Positions 48,576-64,000 of a stretch of 64,000 bases of DNA are shown here, one piece after another; positions within the stretch are counted from its first letter, which is position 1, and the number at the start of each line of letters is the position of its first letter. The notes below the pieces were generated by a model that saw only the letters and a list, made by a program, of their open reading frames with translations, did no database searches and was not told the DNA's origin. This stretch comes from Eledone cirrhosa. Its lineage: Eukaryota. The translations under genes and the position numbers were made by a program. The stretch spans positions 930,001 through 994,000 of the forward strand of contig OZ024755.1 of assembly GCA_964016885.1 (NCBI GenBank), in the 5' to 3' direction.

Positions 48576-48637
48576 TGTATGTATATATATATGTATATAT
48601 ATATGTATGTATATATATATGTATATATATATGTATG

Positions 48638-48668
<31 letters not shown>

Positions 48669-48695
48669 GTATATATATGTATATGTATATATATG

Positions 48696-48726
<31 letters not shown>

Positions 48727-48739
48727 GTATATATATATG

Positions 48740-48818
<79 letters not shown>

Positions 48819-48865
48819 GTATATATATATGTATATATATATATATGTATATATGTATATATATG

Positions 48866-49001
<136 letters not shown>

Positions 49002-49099
49002 TATGTATGTATATATATATATGTATGTATATATATATATGTATGTATATATATATATGTATGTATATATATATATGTATGTATATATATATATGTATG

Positions 49100-49146
<47 letters not shown>

Positions 49147-49318
49147 GTATGTATATATATGTATACATATATATATGTATGTATATGTATATATATGTAT
49201 ATATATGTATATATATGTATGTATATGTATATATATGTATATATATGTATGTATATGTATATATATGTATATATATGTATGTATATATATGTATATATGT
49301 ATATGTATATCTGTATAT

Positions 49319-49905
49319 AATAACTTTGAAATGTTTTGGCCAGTATTGGCCCAGGCCATGTCTAACTTAATAGCACCACCTGGCGAAGTCTTTCAATTCA
49401 GGATTTGGGCACCATGGCCCATTCGAGAAGAGAATTACTGTTTGCGGAGACATATCCGGGTGTGGGTGGTTTGTCCGGGATTACTTGGAGGAATTTGTCC
49501 AAAGACTTCTTGAATTTTGTGTGGTCAGTTTCTGTTTTGACGTGTCCTGGTGTGATGTTGAAGAGAGCAGGGCCGATTGAGGTGAAATAATTGTGCCGTA
49601 TTGTTGTTATGAGTTGCGATTTAGATTTTTGAATGGGACGGATAGCACGGGGCCCAAGCCTTGGGTGTATCTTGAAGGCGATGCCAACATCATTTGGGCA
49701 GTGATGATGGAACATTTTCCACATCATGCAGATAATATAACGCTCACGGGGACGTTGGAGTGAGTAAAGTTTCAGGTTTTCTAATCGACCCCAGTAGTCA
49801 AGGTCTGACATGCCATCTATCTTTTTCGTGATTGCCCTTTGAGGAGCTTCAAGTTTCATGATACTTTGTTTCGTGTGGGGAGACCACAGTGGACAACAGT
49901 ATTCA
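49319..49905 (-). mobile_element. 5'-truncated 3' fragment of the same CR1-group LINE, inverted orientation
   Basis: Reverse complement of ~55080-55666; ORF 49398..49859 differs from the long copy at one residue (QRPRER vs QRRRER). Confidence 0.95.
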
Positions 49906-49961
49906 TATATTTATATATTCAATATATATTCAATATATGTATATATATATATGTATATATG

Positions 49962-50030
<69 letters not shown>

Positions 50031-50039
50031 ATATATATG

Positions 50040-50132
<93 letters not shown>

Positions 50133-50143
50133 GTATATATATG

Positions 50144-50190
<47 letters not shown>

Positions 50191-50247
50191 GTATATATAT
50201 ATATGTATGTATATATATATATATGTATATATGTATATATATATATG

Positions 50248-50315
<68 letters not shown>

Positions 50316-50611
50316 TATATGTATATATGTATGTATATATGTATATATGTATATGTATGTATATGTATGTATATATATATATATGTATGTATATGTATGT
50401 ATATATATATATATGTATGTATATGTATATATATGTATATATATGTATATATATGTATATATATGTATATATATGTATATATATATATGTATATATATAT
50501 GTATATATATATGTATATATATATGTATATATATATGTATATATATATGTATATATATGTATATATATGTATATATATGTATATATATATGTATGTATAT
50601 ATATGTATATA

Positions 50612-50654
<43 letters not shown>

Positions 50655-50679
50655 GTATATATATATGTATATATATATG

Positions 50680-50710
<31 letters not shown>

Positions 50711-50711
50711 G

Positions 50712-50742
<31 letters not shown>

Positions 50743-50803
50743 GTATATATATATGTATATATATATGTATATATATATGTATATATATATGTATATATAT
50801 ATG

Positions 50804-50836
<33 letters not shown>

Positions 50837-50849
50837 GTATATATATATG

Positions 50850-50882
<33 letters not shown>

Positions 50883-50973
50883 GTATATATATATGTATAT
50901 ATATATGTATATATGTATATATATATATGTATATATATATGTATATGTATATATATATATGTATATATATATG

Positions 50974-51004
<31 letters not shown>

Positions 51005-51258
51005 GTATATATATGTATATGTATGTATATATGTATATGTATATATATATGTATATGTATATGTATATGTATATATATATGTATATGTATATATATGTAT
51101 ATATATATGTATATATATATATATGTATATAATGTAGGAGGTGAGTTTTATTGTAATACAATAAAGCAATGCAGATATCGGATAAGAAGCACTCTACAGT
51201 TTGTGGGACTGGAGTATGCATAAAATAAGATGAAAAGATGGTTAAAGGAGTTCCATAT

Positions 51259-51327
51259 ATTTTATTATGCGCATTTCAAAAACAAACATCATCAAACAAT
51301 AATATTTGTGTTTTCATCAGATAAAAC
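51259..51327 (-). ncRNA. Minimal hammerhead ribozyme, mirror copy on the minus strand
   Basis: Exact reverse complement of 51448..51516. Confidence 0.85.
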
Positions 51328-51447
51328 AGGAGAACATGATATGAAGGCTAAAAAACACTTGTTGATAGTGCAGTTTTAAATCAACATATGTTGATTTAAA
51401 ACTGCACTATCAACAAGTGTTTTTTAGCCTTCATATCATGTTCTCCT

Positions 51448-51516
51448 GTTTTATCTGATGAAAACACAAATATTATTGTTTGATGATGTTTGTTTTTGAA
51501 ATGCGCATAATAAAAT
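51448..51516 (+). ncRNA. Minimal type I hammerhead ribozyme with palindromic stem III (ATGCGCAT), predicted AUA cleavage after 51509
   Basis: Stem I gttttat/ataaaat; CTGATGA 51455-51461; long stem II 51462-51497; GAAA 51498-51501. Confidence 0.85.
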
Positions 51517-51833
51517 ATATGGAACTCCTTTAACCATCTTTTGATCTTATATTATATATGTATATACATATATATGTATGTATATATATATATATGTATG
51601 TATATATATATGTATGTATATATGTATGTATATATATATGTATATATATATGTATATATATATGTATGTATATATATATGTATATATGTATGTATATATA
51701 TATGTATATATATATGTATATATATATGTATATATATATGTATGTATATATGTATGTATATATATATGTATATATATATGTATATATATATGTATATATA
51801 TATGTATGTATATATGTATGTATATATGTATGT

Positions 51834-51864
<31 letters not shown>

Positions 51865-52194
51865 TATATATATGTATATATATATGTATATATATATGTA
51901 TATATATATGTATGTATATATGTATGTATATATATATGTATATATGTATATATATATGTATATATATATATATGTATGTATATATATATATGTATATATA
52001 TGTATATATGTATATATATATGTATATATGTATATATATATATATATGTATATATATATGTATGTATATATATATATGTATGTATATATATATGTATGTA
52101 TATATATATGTATGTATATATATATGTATGTATATATATATGTATGTATATATATATGTATGTATATATATATGTATGTATATATATGTATATG

Positions 52195-52239
<45 letters not shown>

Positions 52240-52246
52240 GTATATG

Positions 52247-52277
<31 letters not shown>

Positions 52278-52314
52278 GTATGTATATATATATATGTATG
52301 TATATATATATATG

Positions 52315-52397
<83 letters not shown>

Positions 52398-52466
52398 GTA
52401 TGTATGTATATATATATATATATATGTATGTATATATATATATCTATGTATATATATATATGTATG

Positions 52467-52513
<47 letters not shown>

Positions 52514-52583
52514 GTATATATATATATGTATATATATGTATATATGTATATATATATGTATGTATATATATATATGTATGTAT

Positions 52584-55500
52584 TAAACAAATTAACAACA
52601 CACCAAAACAATTAAAACCATCCACTCTCGCCTCTACATTTTTACTTAACGCCCAAGGCATCAGCCCTTCCACCAATACTCAAAAATGGAAGATCAAATT
52701 CCTGGAGGACTGGATTGATGTCCATCCAAACCACATCCCTTTCTTCGTCCTCACTGAAACCCATCTCAGTAACCTCCACTTGGAAGCCGAGGTGAAAGTG
52801 AAAAATTTCAAAGCCATCCGTGCTGATCGCGCTGGCAGAAGAAAGGGCGGAACTGCCATTTATGTCCATAATTCTTTCTCAACAGAGGCTATGAACATAT
52901 TCACTAATGGATACTGTGAGGCAGTCACTGTATTCAGTCAAACCAACAACCTATTAGTAGTTGGGCTCTATAGGCCACCCCAAACGCCTGTACCATGCTT
53001 CAAGGAATGCCTCAACAGCATAAAGTGTTTCATCCAAGAGTGTCACCCTGACAACATCTTAATGATGGGGGACTTCAACCTCCCCGGAGTTGACTGGTCC
53101 ACAAACACCCTGCCACCAGGTTCTTCTGCCTCAACCTCTGACAGGGAAGCTGTGGAATCGCTTCTTGACTTCATGGATGATTTCTTCCTATCCCAACTAG
53201 TGCTCGAACCAACGAGGTGCCACAAAAACGTCCTAGACTTAATTTTCAGCAATCACACTGACAATATCCACAATATTGCAGTGGAGAAAACTCTACTCTC
53301 TGATCATGACATGGTTCTCTGTGATCTGAGATTCCACCGTCCAATATACAAACCCAATGTCATTTCTCCTGTCCATCCGTTTGACGCTATGGATTTCCAC
53401 AATGCAAACTGGGAAGCGATCAGTCATGATCTTGCACATGTCGACTGGTCCTTCACGCACACTCATACACCCACTAACATCAAAAAGTCCTGGCAGACAT
53501 TTGTGGACACTGTTACAAACATATGTGCTAAACACACCCCATTAAGAACTATAAACAAATCTAAGAGCAGAATCCCTAGAAATAGAAAAACGCTCATCAG
53601 AAAAATTAAGAGAACGAACAAAAAAATCAACAATCTGAAATACTGTCAGCAGCAACACATCAACTTGACTGCCATTTCATCACTAGAGATTAAAAAACAT
53701 AACCTCCAAAACAACATAATGTCCCTCATCAACAATCAGAGAAGAGCTGAAGAGGCCTGGGCCATTGAGAAGATCAAACTCAATCCCAAAGTGTTCTTTT
53801 CATTTGCAAAAAAACACAAAATCACTGGCTCTACTGTTGGCCCTCTAATTGATGAAAATGGCACTCTTCAAGACAATGCTAAAACCATGGGTGAGATACT
53901 GCAGAAACAATACTGCTCTGTTTTCAGCAATCCTGATATGGCCGATCTGGGCTGTATCGGCGATGTTACTCCCCATTACACCTTATCGGACATAACGTTT
54001 GGCGCCCCTGATGTCTTGGCGGCAATAAAGGAAATCAAGCATAATTCAGCAGTAGGTCCCGATAGGTTCCCTGCTTGTGTCTTGAAGGCGTGTCAACACC
54101 AACTTGCTTCTCCTCTTGCCAATCTGTGGCGGAACTCACTGGATGCTGGATATGTGCCAGAAAACCTTCTATCCAGTCTGTTGTCCCAGTTTTCAAAAAG
54201 GGAAACAAATCCCTTGCCGTGAATTACCGTCCAATCTCACTCACCTCTCATATCATTAAGGTATTTGAGCGAGTGGTGAGGATCGCGAATGACCCACTTC
54301 CTTGAGAGTAACAATATGCTGAACTCCAACCAGCATGGATTCCGTAATGGAAGGGATTGCCTGACGCAACTACTGCATCACTTTGATGACATTTTGAGAG
54401 CCTTGGGAGAGGGTTCCAACACTGATGTTATCTACCTTGATTTCAGCAAGGCCTTTGACAGGGTTGATCATAACATTCTACTGAGAAAGCTGTCCAATAT
54501 TGGTGTCACTGGAAAGCTGCTGCAGTGGATCAAGAGCTTCCTGTCAAACAGAACCCAACATGTTGTAGTTGAGGGAGTCAAATCAAGCCCAGCCAAAGTC
54601 AGTAGTGGAGTCCCACAAGGCACTGTGTTGGGCCCACTTCTCTTCATCATCTATATTAATGACATCACTGACATCATCAAACACAGCAACATTAAAATTT
54701 TCGCTGATGATTCCAAGCTCCAAAAGGTCATCAATGGCGTGGATGACCGGATAAGCCTTCAGTCAGACCTACTGGCTGTTACCCAATGGGCAGAAAAGAA
54801 CAACATGTTACTGAACGAAGACAAATTCGAACTGATCCACTTTGGAAAAGAGGATGCTCTGAAACTCCCGTACTCCCTTCCCTCCGGGGAAACTCTCGTG
54901 GCATCAAACAACATCAGAGACTTGGGAGTAACCGTGGACAGCAACATAAGCTGGACCACGCATATAAGCAGCAAAGTTGACATGGCCCGCAGAATGTGTT
55001 CCTGGATCCTCAGAACCTTCCAGTCGAGAGATTCCCGCACCATTATCCTTCTCTTCTCTACTTTCGCCCGACCACACCTTGAATACTGTTGTCCACTGTG
55101 GTCTCCCCACACGAAACAAAGTATCATGAAACTTGAAGCTCCTCAAAGGGCAATCACGAAAAAGATAGATGGCATGTCAGACCTTGACTACTGGGGTCGA
55201 TTGGAAAACCTGAAACTTTACTCACTCCAACGTCGCCGTGAGCGTTATATTATCTGCATGATGTGGAAAATGTTCCATCATCACTGCCCAAATGATGTTG
55301 GCATCGCCTTCAAGATACACCCAAGGCTTGGGCCCCGTGCTATCCGTCCCATTCAAAAATCTAAATCGCAACTCATAACAACAATACGGCACAATTATTT
55401 CACCTCAATCGGCCCTGCTCTCTTCAACATCACACCAGGACACGTCAAAACAGAAACTGACCACACAAAATTCAAGAAGTCTTTGGACAAATTCCTCCAA

Positions 55501-55683
55501 GTAATCCCGGACAAACCACCCACACCCGGATATGTCTCCGCAAACAGTAATTCTCTTCTCGAATGGGCCATGGTGCCCAAATCCTGAATTGAAAGACTTC
55601 GCCAGGTGGTGCTATTAAGTTAGACATGGCCTGGGCCAATACTGGCCAAAACATTTCAAAGTTATTCAAAGTTATTCAAAGTT
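52584..55683 (+). mobile_element. CR1-group LINE ORF2 (APE endonuclease plus reverse transcriptase), no ORF1, two frameshifts, (GTTATTCAAA)n tail
   Basis: APE motifs LNAQG, LTETHL, GGTAIY, GLYRPP, MGDFN, LDLIF, SDH; RT motifs YRPISLTS, QHGFR, YLDFSKAFD, SGVPQGTVLGP, FADD; C-terminal RPHLEYC and YSLQRRRER; stop at 55587. Confidence 0.95.
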
Positions 55684-55744
55684 ATATATATGTATGTATA
55701 TATATATGTATGTATATATATATGTATGTATATATATATGTATG

Positions 55745-55775
<31 letters not shown>

Positions 55776-56130
55776 GTATATGTATATATATGTATATATA
55801 TATATATGTATATGTATATATATGTATATATATATATATGTATATGTATATATATGTATATATATGTATATGTATATATATGTATATATATATATGTATA
55901 TATATATATGTATATATATATGTATATATATATATATGTATGTATATATATATATATGTATGTATATATATATATATGTATGTATATATATATGTATGTA
56001 TATATATATGTATGTATATATATATATATGTATATATATATGTATGTATATATATATATATGTATATGTATATATATATATGTATATATATATATATGTA
56101 TATATATATGTATGTATATATATATATGTG

Positions 56131-56161
<31 letters not shown>

Positions 56162-56180
56162 GTGTGTATATATATATGTG

Positions 56181-56213
<33 letters not shown>

Positions 56214-56232
56214 GTGTATATATATATATGTG

Positions 56233-56263
<31 letters not shown>

Positions 56264-56282
56264 GTGTATATATATATATGTG

Positions 56283-56313
<31 letters not shown>

Positions 56314-56464
56314 GTGTATATATATATATATGTATATATATATATGTATATGTATATGTATATATATATGTATATGTATATATATGTATATATATATATA
56401 TATGTATATATATATGTATATGTATATATATGTATGTATATATATATGTATATATATATGTATG

Positions 56465-56591
<127 letters not shown>

Positions 56592-56624
56592 GTATATATA
56601 TATGTATATGTATATATATATATG

Positions 56625-56655
<31 letters not shown>

Positions 56656-56856
56656 GTATATATATATGTATATGTATATATATATATGTATGTATATATA
56701 TATGTATATATATATGTATATATATGTATATATATGTATATATATATGTATATATATGTATATATATATGTATATATATGTATATATATATGTATGTATA
56801 TGTATATATATATGTATATGTATATATATATGTATATGTATATATATATGTATATG

Positions 56857-56903
<47 letters not shown>

Positions 56904-56946
56904 GTATATATATATGTATATATATATGTATATGTATATATATATG

Positions 56947-56979
<33 letters not shown>

Positions 56980-57206
56980 GTATATATATATGTATATATA
57001 TATATGTATGTATATATATATATGTATGTATATATATATATGTATGTATATATATGTATATATATATGTATATATATATGTATGTGTATATATATATGTA
57101 TGTATATATATATATATGTATGTATGTATATATATTTATGTATATATATATATATGTATGTATATATATTTATGTATATATATATATATGTATATATGTA
57201 TGTATG

Positions 57207-57237
<31 letters not shown>

Positions 57238-57266
57238 GTATATATATGTATATATGTATATATATG

Positions 57267-57317
<51 letters not shown>

Positions 57318-57344
57318 GTATGTGTATATATATGTATATATATG

Positions 57345-57375
<31 letters not shown>

Positions 57376-57412
57376 GTATGTGTATATATATATGTATATG
57401 TATATGTATATA

Positions 57413-57443
<31 letters not shown>

Positions 57444-57484
57444 GTATATATATATATATGTATATATGCATATATGTATATATG

Positions 57485-57537
<53 letters not shown>

Positions 57538-57604
57538 GTATGTGTATATATATATATGTATATATATATATATGTATGTGTATATATATATATATATGTA
57601 TGTG

Positions 57605-57635
<31 letters not shown>

Positions 57636-57648
57636 GTATATATATATG

Positions 57649-57685
<37 letters not shown>

Positions 57686-57694
57686 ATATATATG

Positions 57695-57753
<59 letters not shown>

Positions 57754-57762
57754 ATATATATG

Positions 57763-57793
<31 letters not shown>

Positions 57794-57806
57794 GTATATA
57801 TATATG

Positions 57807-57837
<31 letters not shown>

Positions 57838-57844
57838 GTATGTG

Positions 57845-57875
<31 letters not shown>

Positions 57876-57902
57876 GTATGTGTATATATATATATATATA
57901 TG

Positions 57903-57943
<41 letters not shown>

Positions 57944-58298
57944 GTATGTGTATATATATATATATATGTATATATGTATATATATGTATGTATATATGTA
58001 TATATATGTATGTATATATGTATATATATGTATGTATATATGTATATATATGTATGTATATATGTATATATGTATATATATGTATGTATATATGTATATA
58101 TATATATGTATGTATATGTGTATATATATATATGTATATATATATATGTATATATATATGTATATATATATATGTATATATATATATGTATATATATATG
58201 TATATATATATGTATGTATATATATATATGTATATATATATATGTATATATATATATGTATATATATATATGTATATATATATATGTATATATATATG

Positions 58299-58381
<83 letters not shown>

Positions 58382-58898
58382 GTATATATATATATGTATA
58401 TATATATATGTATATATATATATGTATATATATATATGTATATATATATATGTATATATATATATGTATATATATATATGTGTATATATATATATGTATA
58501 TATGCATGTATATATATATGTATATGTATATATATGTATATGTATATGTATATATATGTATATATATATGTGTATATATATATATGTATATGCATGTATA
58601 TATATATATATATGTATATGTATGTATATGTATATATGTATATATATGTTTATATGTATATATATATATATGTATATATGTATATATATATATGTATATA
58701 TATGTATATGTATATATATATACGTATATATATATATATATATGTATGTATATATATATATGTATATATATATATGTATGTATATATATATATGTATATA
58801 TATATGTATGTATATATATATATGTATATATATATGTATGTATATATATATATGTATATATATATATATGTATGTATATATATGTATATATATATATG

Positions 58899-58945
<47 letters not shown>

Positions 58946-58995
58946 GTATATATATATGTATATATATATATGTATATATATGTATATATATATGT

Positions 58996-59041
<46 letters not shown>

Positions 59042-59070
59042 GTATATATATATATATATGTATATATATG

Positions 59071-59105
<35 letters not shown>

Positions 59106-59774
59106 ATATATATGTATATATATGTATATATATATATGTATATGTATATATATGTATGTATATATATATGTATATATATGTATATGTATGTATATATATA
59201 TGTATATATATGTATATGTATGTATATATATATGTATATATATATGTATATGTATGTATATATATATGTATATATATATGTATATATATGTATATATATA
59301 TGTATATATATGTATATATATATGTATATATATATGTATATATATATGTATATATATGTATATATATATGTATATATATATGTATATATATATGTGTATA
59401 TATATATGTATATATATATGTATATATATATGTGTATATATATATGTATATATGTATATGTATGTATATATATGTATATATATATATGTATATATATATG
59501 TATATATATATATATGTATGTATATATATATATGTATATATATATGTATATATATATGTATATATATATATATGTATATATATATATGTATATATATATA
59601 TATGTATATATATATATGTATATATATATATGTATATATATGTATGTATATATATATGTATATATATATATGTATATATATGTATATATATATGTATATA
59701 TATATGTATATATATGTATATGTATATATATGTATATATGTATATGTATGTATATATATGTATGTTTATGTATG

Positions 59775-59807
<33 letters not shown>

Positions 59808-59895
59808 GTATATATATATATGTATATATATATGTATATTTGTATATGTATATATGTATATATGTATATGTATATGTGTATATGTATATATATAT

Positions 59896-59927
<32 letters not shown>

Positions 59928-59976
59928 GTATATGTATATATATATGTATATATATATATATATATGTATGTATATG

Positions 59977-60015
<39 letters not shown>

Positions 60016-60019
60016 GTGT

Positions 60020-60053
<34 letters not shown>

Positions 60054-60090
60054 ATATGTGTGTATATATATGTATATGTATATATATATG

Positions 60091-60175
<85 letters not shown>

Positions 60176-60186
60176 GTATATATATG

Positions 60187-60219
<33 letters not shown>

Positions 60220-60570
60220 GTATATATGTATATATATATATATGTATGTATATATATATATATGTATATGTGTATATGTATATATATATATGTATATATA
60301 TATATGTATATATATATATGTATATATATATATGTATATGTATATATGTATATATATATGTATATATATATATGTATATATATATATGTATATGTATATA
60401 TGTATATATATATGTATATGTATATATATATGTATATGTATATATGTATATATATGTATATGTATATATGTATATATATGTATATGTGTATATATGTATA
60501 TATATGTATATGTATATATATGTATATGTATATATATGTATATATATATATATGTATATGTATATATATG

Positions 60571-60617
<47 letters not shown>

Positions 60618-60642
60618 GTATATTATATATATTATATATATG

Positions 60643-60675
<33 letters not shown>

Positions 60676-60832
60676 GTATATATATTGTATATATATATGT
60701 ATATATGTATATGTATGTATATATATATATGTATATGTATGTATATATATATACTTGTATATGTATATATATATGTATGTATATATATATATGTATATGT
60801 ATGTATATATATATATGTATATGTATGTATAT

Positions 60833-60878
<46 letters not shown>

Positions 60879-61496
60879 GTATATATATATATGTATATAT
60901 ATATATGTATATATATATATGTATATATATATATGTATATATATATATGTATATATATATATGTATATATATATATGTGTATATATATATATATGTATAT
61001 ATGCATGTATATATATATGTATATGTATATATATGTATATGTATAGTATATATATGTATATATATATGTGTATATATATATATGTATATGCATGTATATA
61101 TATATATATGTATATGTATGTATATGTATATATGTATATATATGTTTATATGTATATATATATATATGTATATATGTATATATATATATGTATATATATG
61201 TATATGTATATATATATACGTATATATATATATATATATGTATGTATATATATATATGTATATATATATATGTATGTATATATATATATGTATATATATA
61301 TGTATGTATATATATATATGTATATATATATGTATGTATATATATATATGTATATATATATATATGTATGTATATATATGTATATGTATATATATATATG
61401 TATAATATATATACATATATATAAATATATGTATATATATATATATGTATATATATATGTATATATATATATGTATATATATGTATATATATATGT

Positions 61497-61542
<46 letters not shown>

Positions 61543-61571
61543 GTATATATATATATATATGTATATATATG

Positions 61572-61606
<35 letters not shown>

Positions 61607-62281
61607 ATATGTATATATATATGTATATATATGTTATATATATATGTATATGTATATATATGTATGTATATATATATGTATATATATGTATATGTATGTA
61701 TATATATATGTATATATATGTATATGTATGTATATATATATGTATATATATATGTATATGTATGTATATATATATGTATATATATATGTATATATATGTA
61801 TATATATATGTATATATATGTATATATATATGTATATATATATGTATATATATATGTATATATATGTATATATATATGTATATATATATGTATATATATA
61901 TGTGTATATATATATGTATATATATATGTATATAATATATGTGTATATATATATGTATATATGTATATGTATGTATATATATGTATATATATATATGTAT
62001 ATATATATGTATATATATATATATGTATGTATATATATATATGTATATATATATGTATATATATATGTATATATATATATGTATATATATATATGTATAT
62101 ATATATATATGTATATATATATATGTATATATATATATGTATATATATGTATGTATATATATATGTATATATATATATGTATATATATGTATATATATAT
62201 GTATATATATATGTATATATATGTATATGTATATATATGTATATATGTATATGTATGTATATATATGTATGTTTATGTATG

Positions 62282-62314
<33 letters not shown>

Positions 62315-62402
62315 GTATATATATATATGTATATATATATGTATATTTGTATATGTATATATGTATATATGTATATGTATATGTGTATATGTATATATAT
62401 AT

Positions 62403-62434
<32 letters not shown>

Positions 62435-62483
62435 GTATATGTATATATATATGTATATATATATATATATATGTATGTATATG

Positions 62484-62522
<39 letters not shown>

Positions 62523-62526
62523 GTGT

Positions 62527-62560
<34 letters not shown>

Positions 62561-62597
62561 ATATGTGTGTATATATATGTATATGTATATATATATG

Positions 62598-62682
<85 letters not shown>

Positions 62683-62693
62683 GTATATATATG

Positions 62694-62726
<33 letters not shown>

Positions 62727-63077
62727 GTATATATGTATATATATATATATGTATGTATATATATATATATGTATATGTGTATATGTATATATATATATGT
62801 ATATATATATATGTATATATATATATGTATATATATATATGTATATGTATATATGTATATATATATGTATATATATATATGTATATATATATATGTATAT
62901 GTATATATGTATATATATATGTATATGTATATATATATGTATATGTATATATGTATATATATGTATATGTATATATGTATATATATGTATATGTGTATAT
63001 ATGTATATATATGTATATGTATATATATGTATATGTATATATATGTATATATATATATATGTATATGTATATATATG

Positions 63078-63126
<49 letters not shown>

Positions 63127-63130
63127 GTAT

Positions 63131-63181
<51 letters not shown>

Positions 63182-63336
63182 GTATATATATTGTATATAT
63201 ATATGTATATATGTATATGTATGTATATATATATATGTATATGTATGTATATATATATATGTATATGTATATATATATGTATGTATATATATATATGTAT
63301 ATGTATGTATATATATATATGTATATGTATGTATAT

Positions 63337-63386
<50 letters not shown>

Positions 63387-63467
63387 GTATATATATATAT
63401 GTATATGTATATATATATATGTGTATGTATATATATATATGTGTATGTATATATATGTATGTATATG

Positions 63468-63530
<63 letters not shown>

Positions 63531-63630
63531 GTATATGTATATGTATATATATATGTATATGTATATGTATATGTATATATATATGTATATGTATATATAT
63601 ATGTATATGTATGTATATATATATATGTAT

Positions 63631-64000
63631 ATCATTGACTTTAGGAAGGCCTTTGATTCTGTGGACTGTTACTGCCTGATGAAGATCTTACAGGCTTATG
63701 GAATCCCCAAGAGGATAGTGGACCTGATATCACTGCTCTACACCAACACCAAAGCCCAAGTCATTACACCTGATGGGATGACAGAGTTCTTTGAGATACT
63801 GGCTGGAGTGCTCCAGGGAGATACATTGGCTCCCTACCTTTTTATCATCGTAGTCGACTATTGTATGCGCCTTGCACTGGAGAAACACCAGGACTCTGGC
63901 TTTACTGTAGCACCGGCTCAGAGCAGGAGAGTTAGGGCGAAAAAGGTATCGGATGCTGAGTTTGCCGACGACATAGTTTTGGTGACAAATACAGTGAAGG
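63631..64000 (+). mobile_element. 5'-truncated LINE reverse transcriptase (RTE-like), running off the window end
   Basis: Open frame from 63631: [11 protein letters not shown]...AYGIP...[19 protein letters not shown]...EFADDIVL; absent from the ORF track. Confidence 0.9.

Larger units (their letters stand above)
51131..51550 (-). mobile_element. Penelope-like inverted pseudo-LTR element (second family): 310-bp spacer-less palindrome plus ~100-nt tail
   Basis: 51233-51542 reads as a perfect palindrome centred on caacat|atgttg; hammerhead in each arm; embedded in (TA)n. Confidence 0.8.

Noticed and set aside
63676-63682. CTGATGA hammerhead-like core
   Set aside because: Lies in the RT reading frame (LMK); no matching GAAA or stems.

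Overview
AT-rich, microsatellite-rich animal genomic DNA. The repeat landscape suggests a coleoid cephalopod such as Octopus; this is inference and was not database-checked. The only host gene is a + strand Son of sevenless (SOS, Ras-GEF) orthologue. I traced 23 GT-AG coding exons by hand (13444..42318, 3642 nt, 1213 aa plus stop) covering the histone-fold, DH, PH, REM, CDC25 and Pro-rich domains; the ATG exon lies upstream of the window. The introns hold two large minisatellites (30 bp and 31 bp units), a 72-bp array born inside a piggyBac-like MITE, tRNA- and RTE-related SINEs, a non-autonomous Helitron and a Penelope (GIY-YIG) remnant. Downstream, a ~16-kb (TA/TATG)n field carries a near-full CR1-group ORF2, an inverted 3' copy of it, and RTE-like fragments. 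The most striking feature is a set of short, non-coding fold-back elements sitting in (TA)n that carry hammerhead ribozyme cores. Intact ones are at ~28.0, ~31.7 and ~51.4 kb, and decayed ones at ~3.9 and ~43.7 kb. Two are near-perfect palindromes encoding a ribozyme on both strands. Two intact ribozymes lie in the sense strand of SOS introns, each preceded by its own antisense arm. The long YI/MY/CI-rich ORFs in the track are repeat artefacts.
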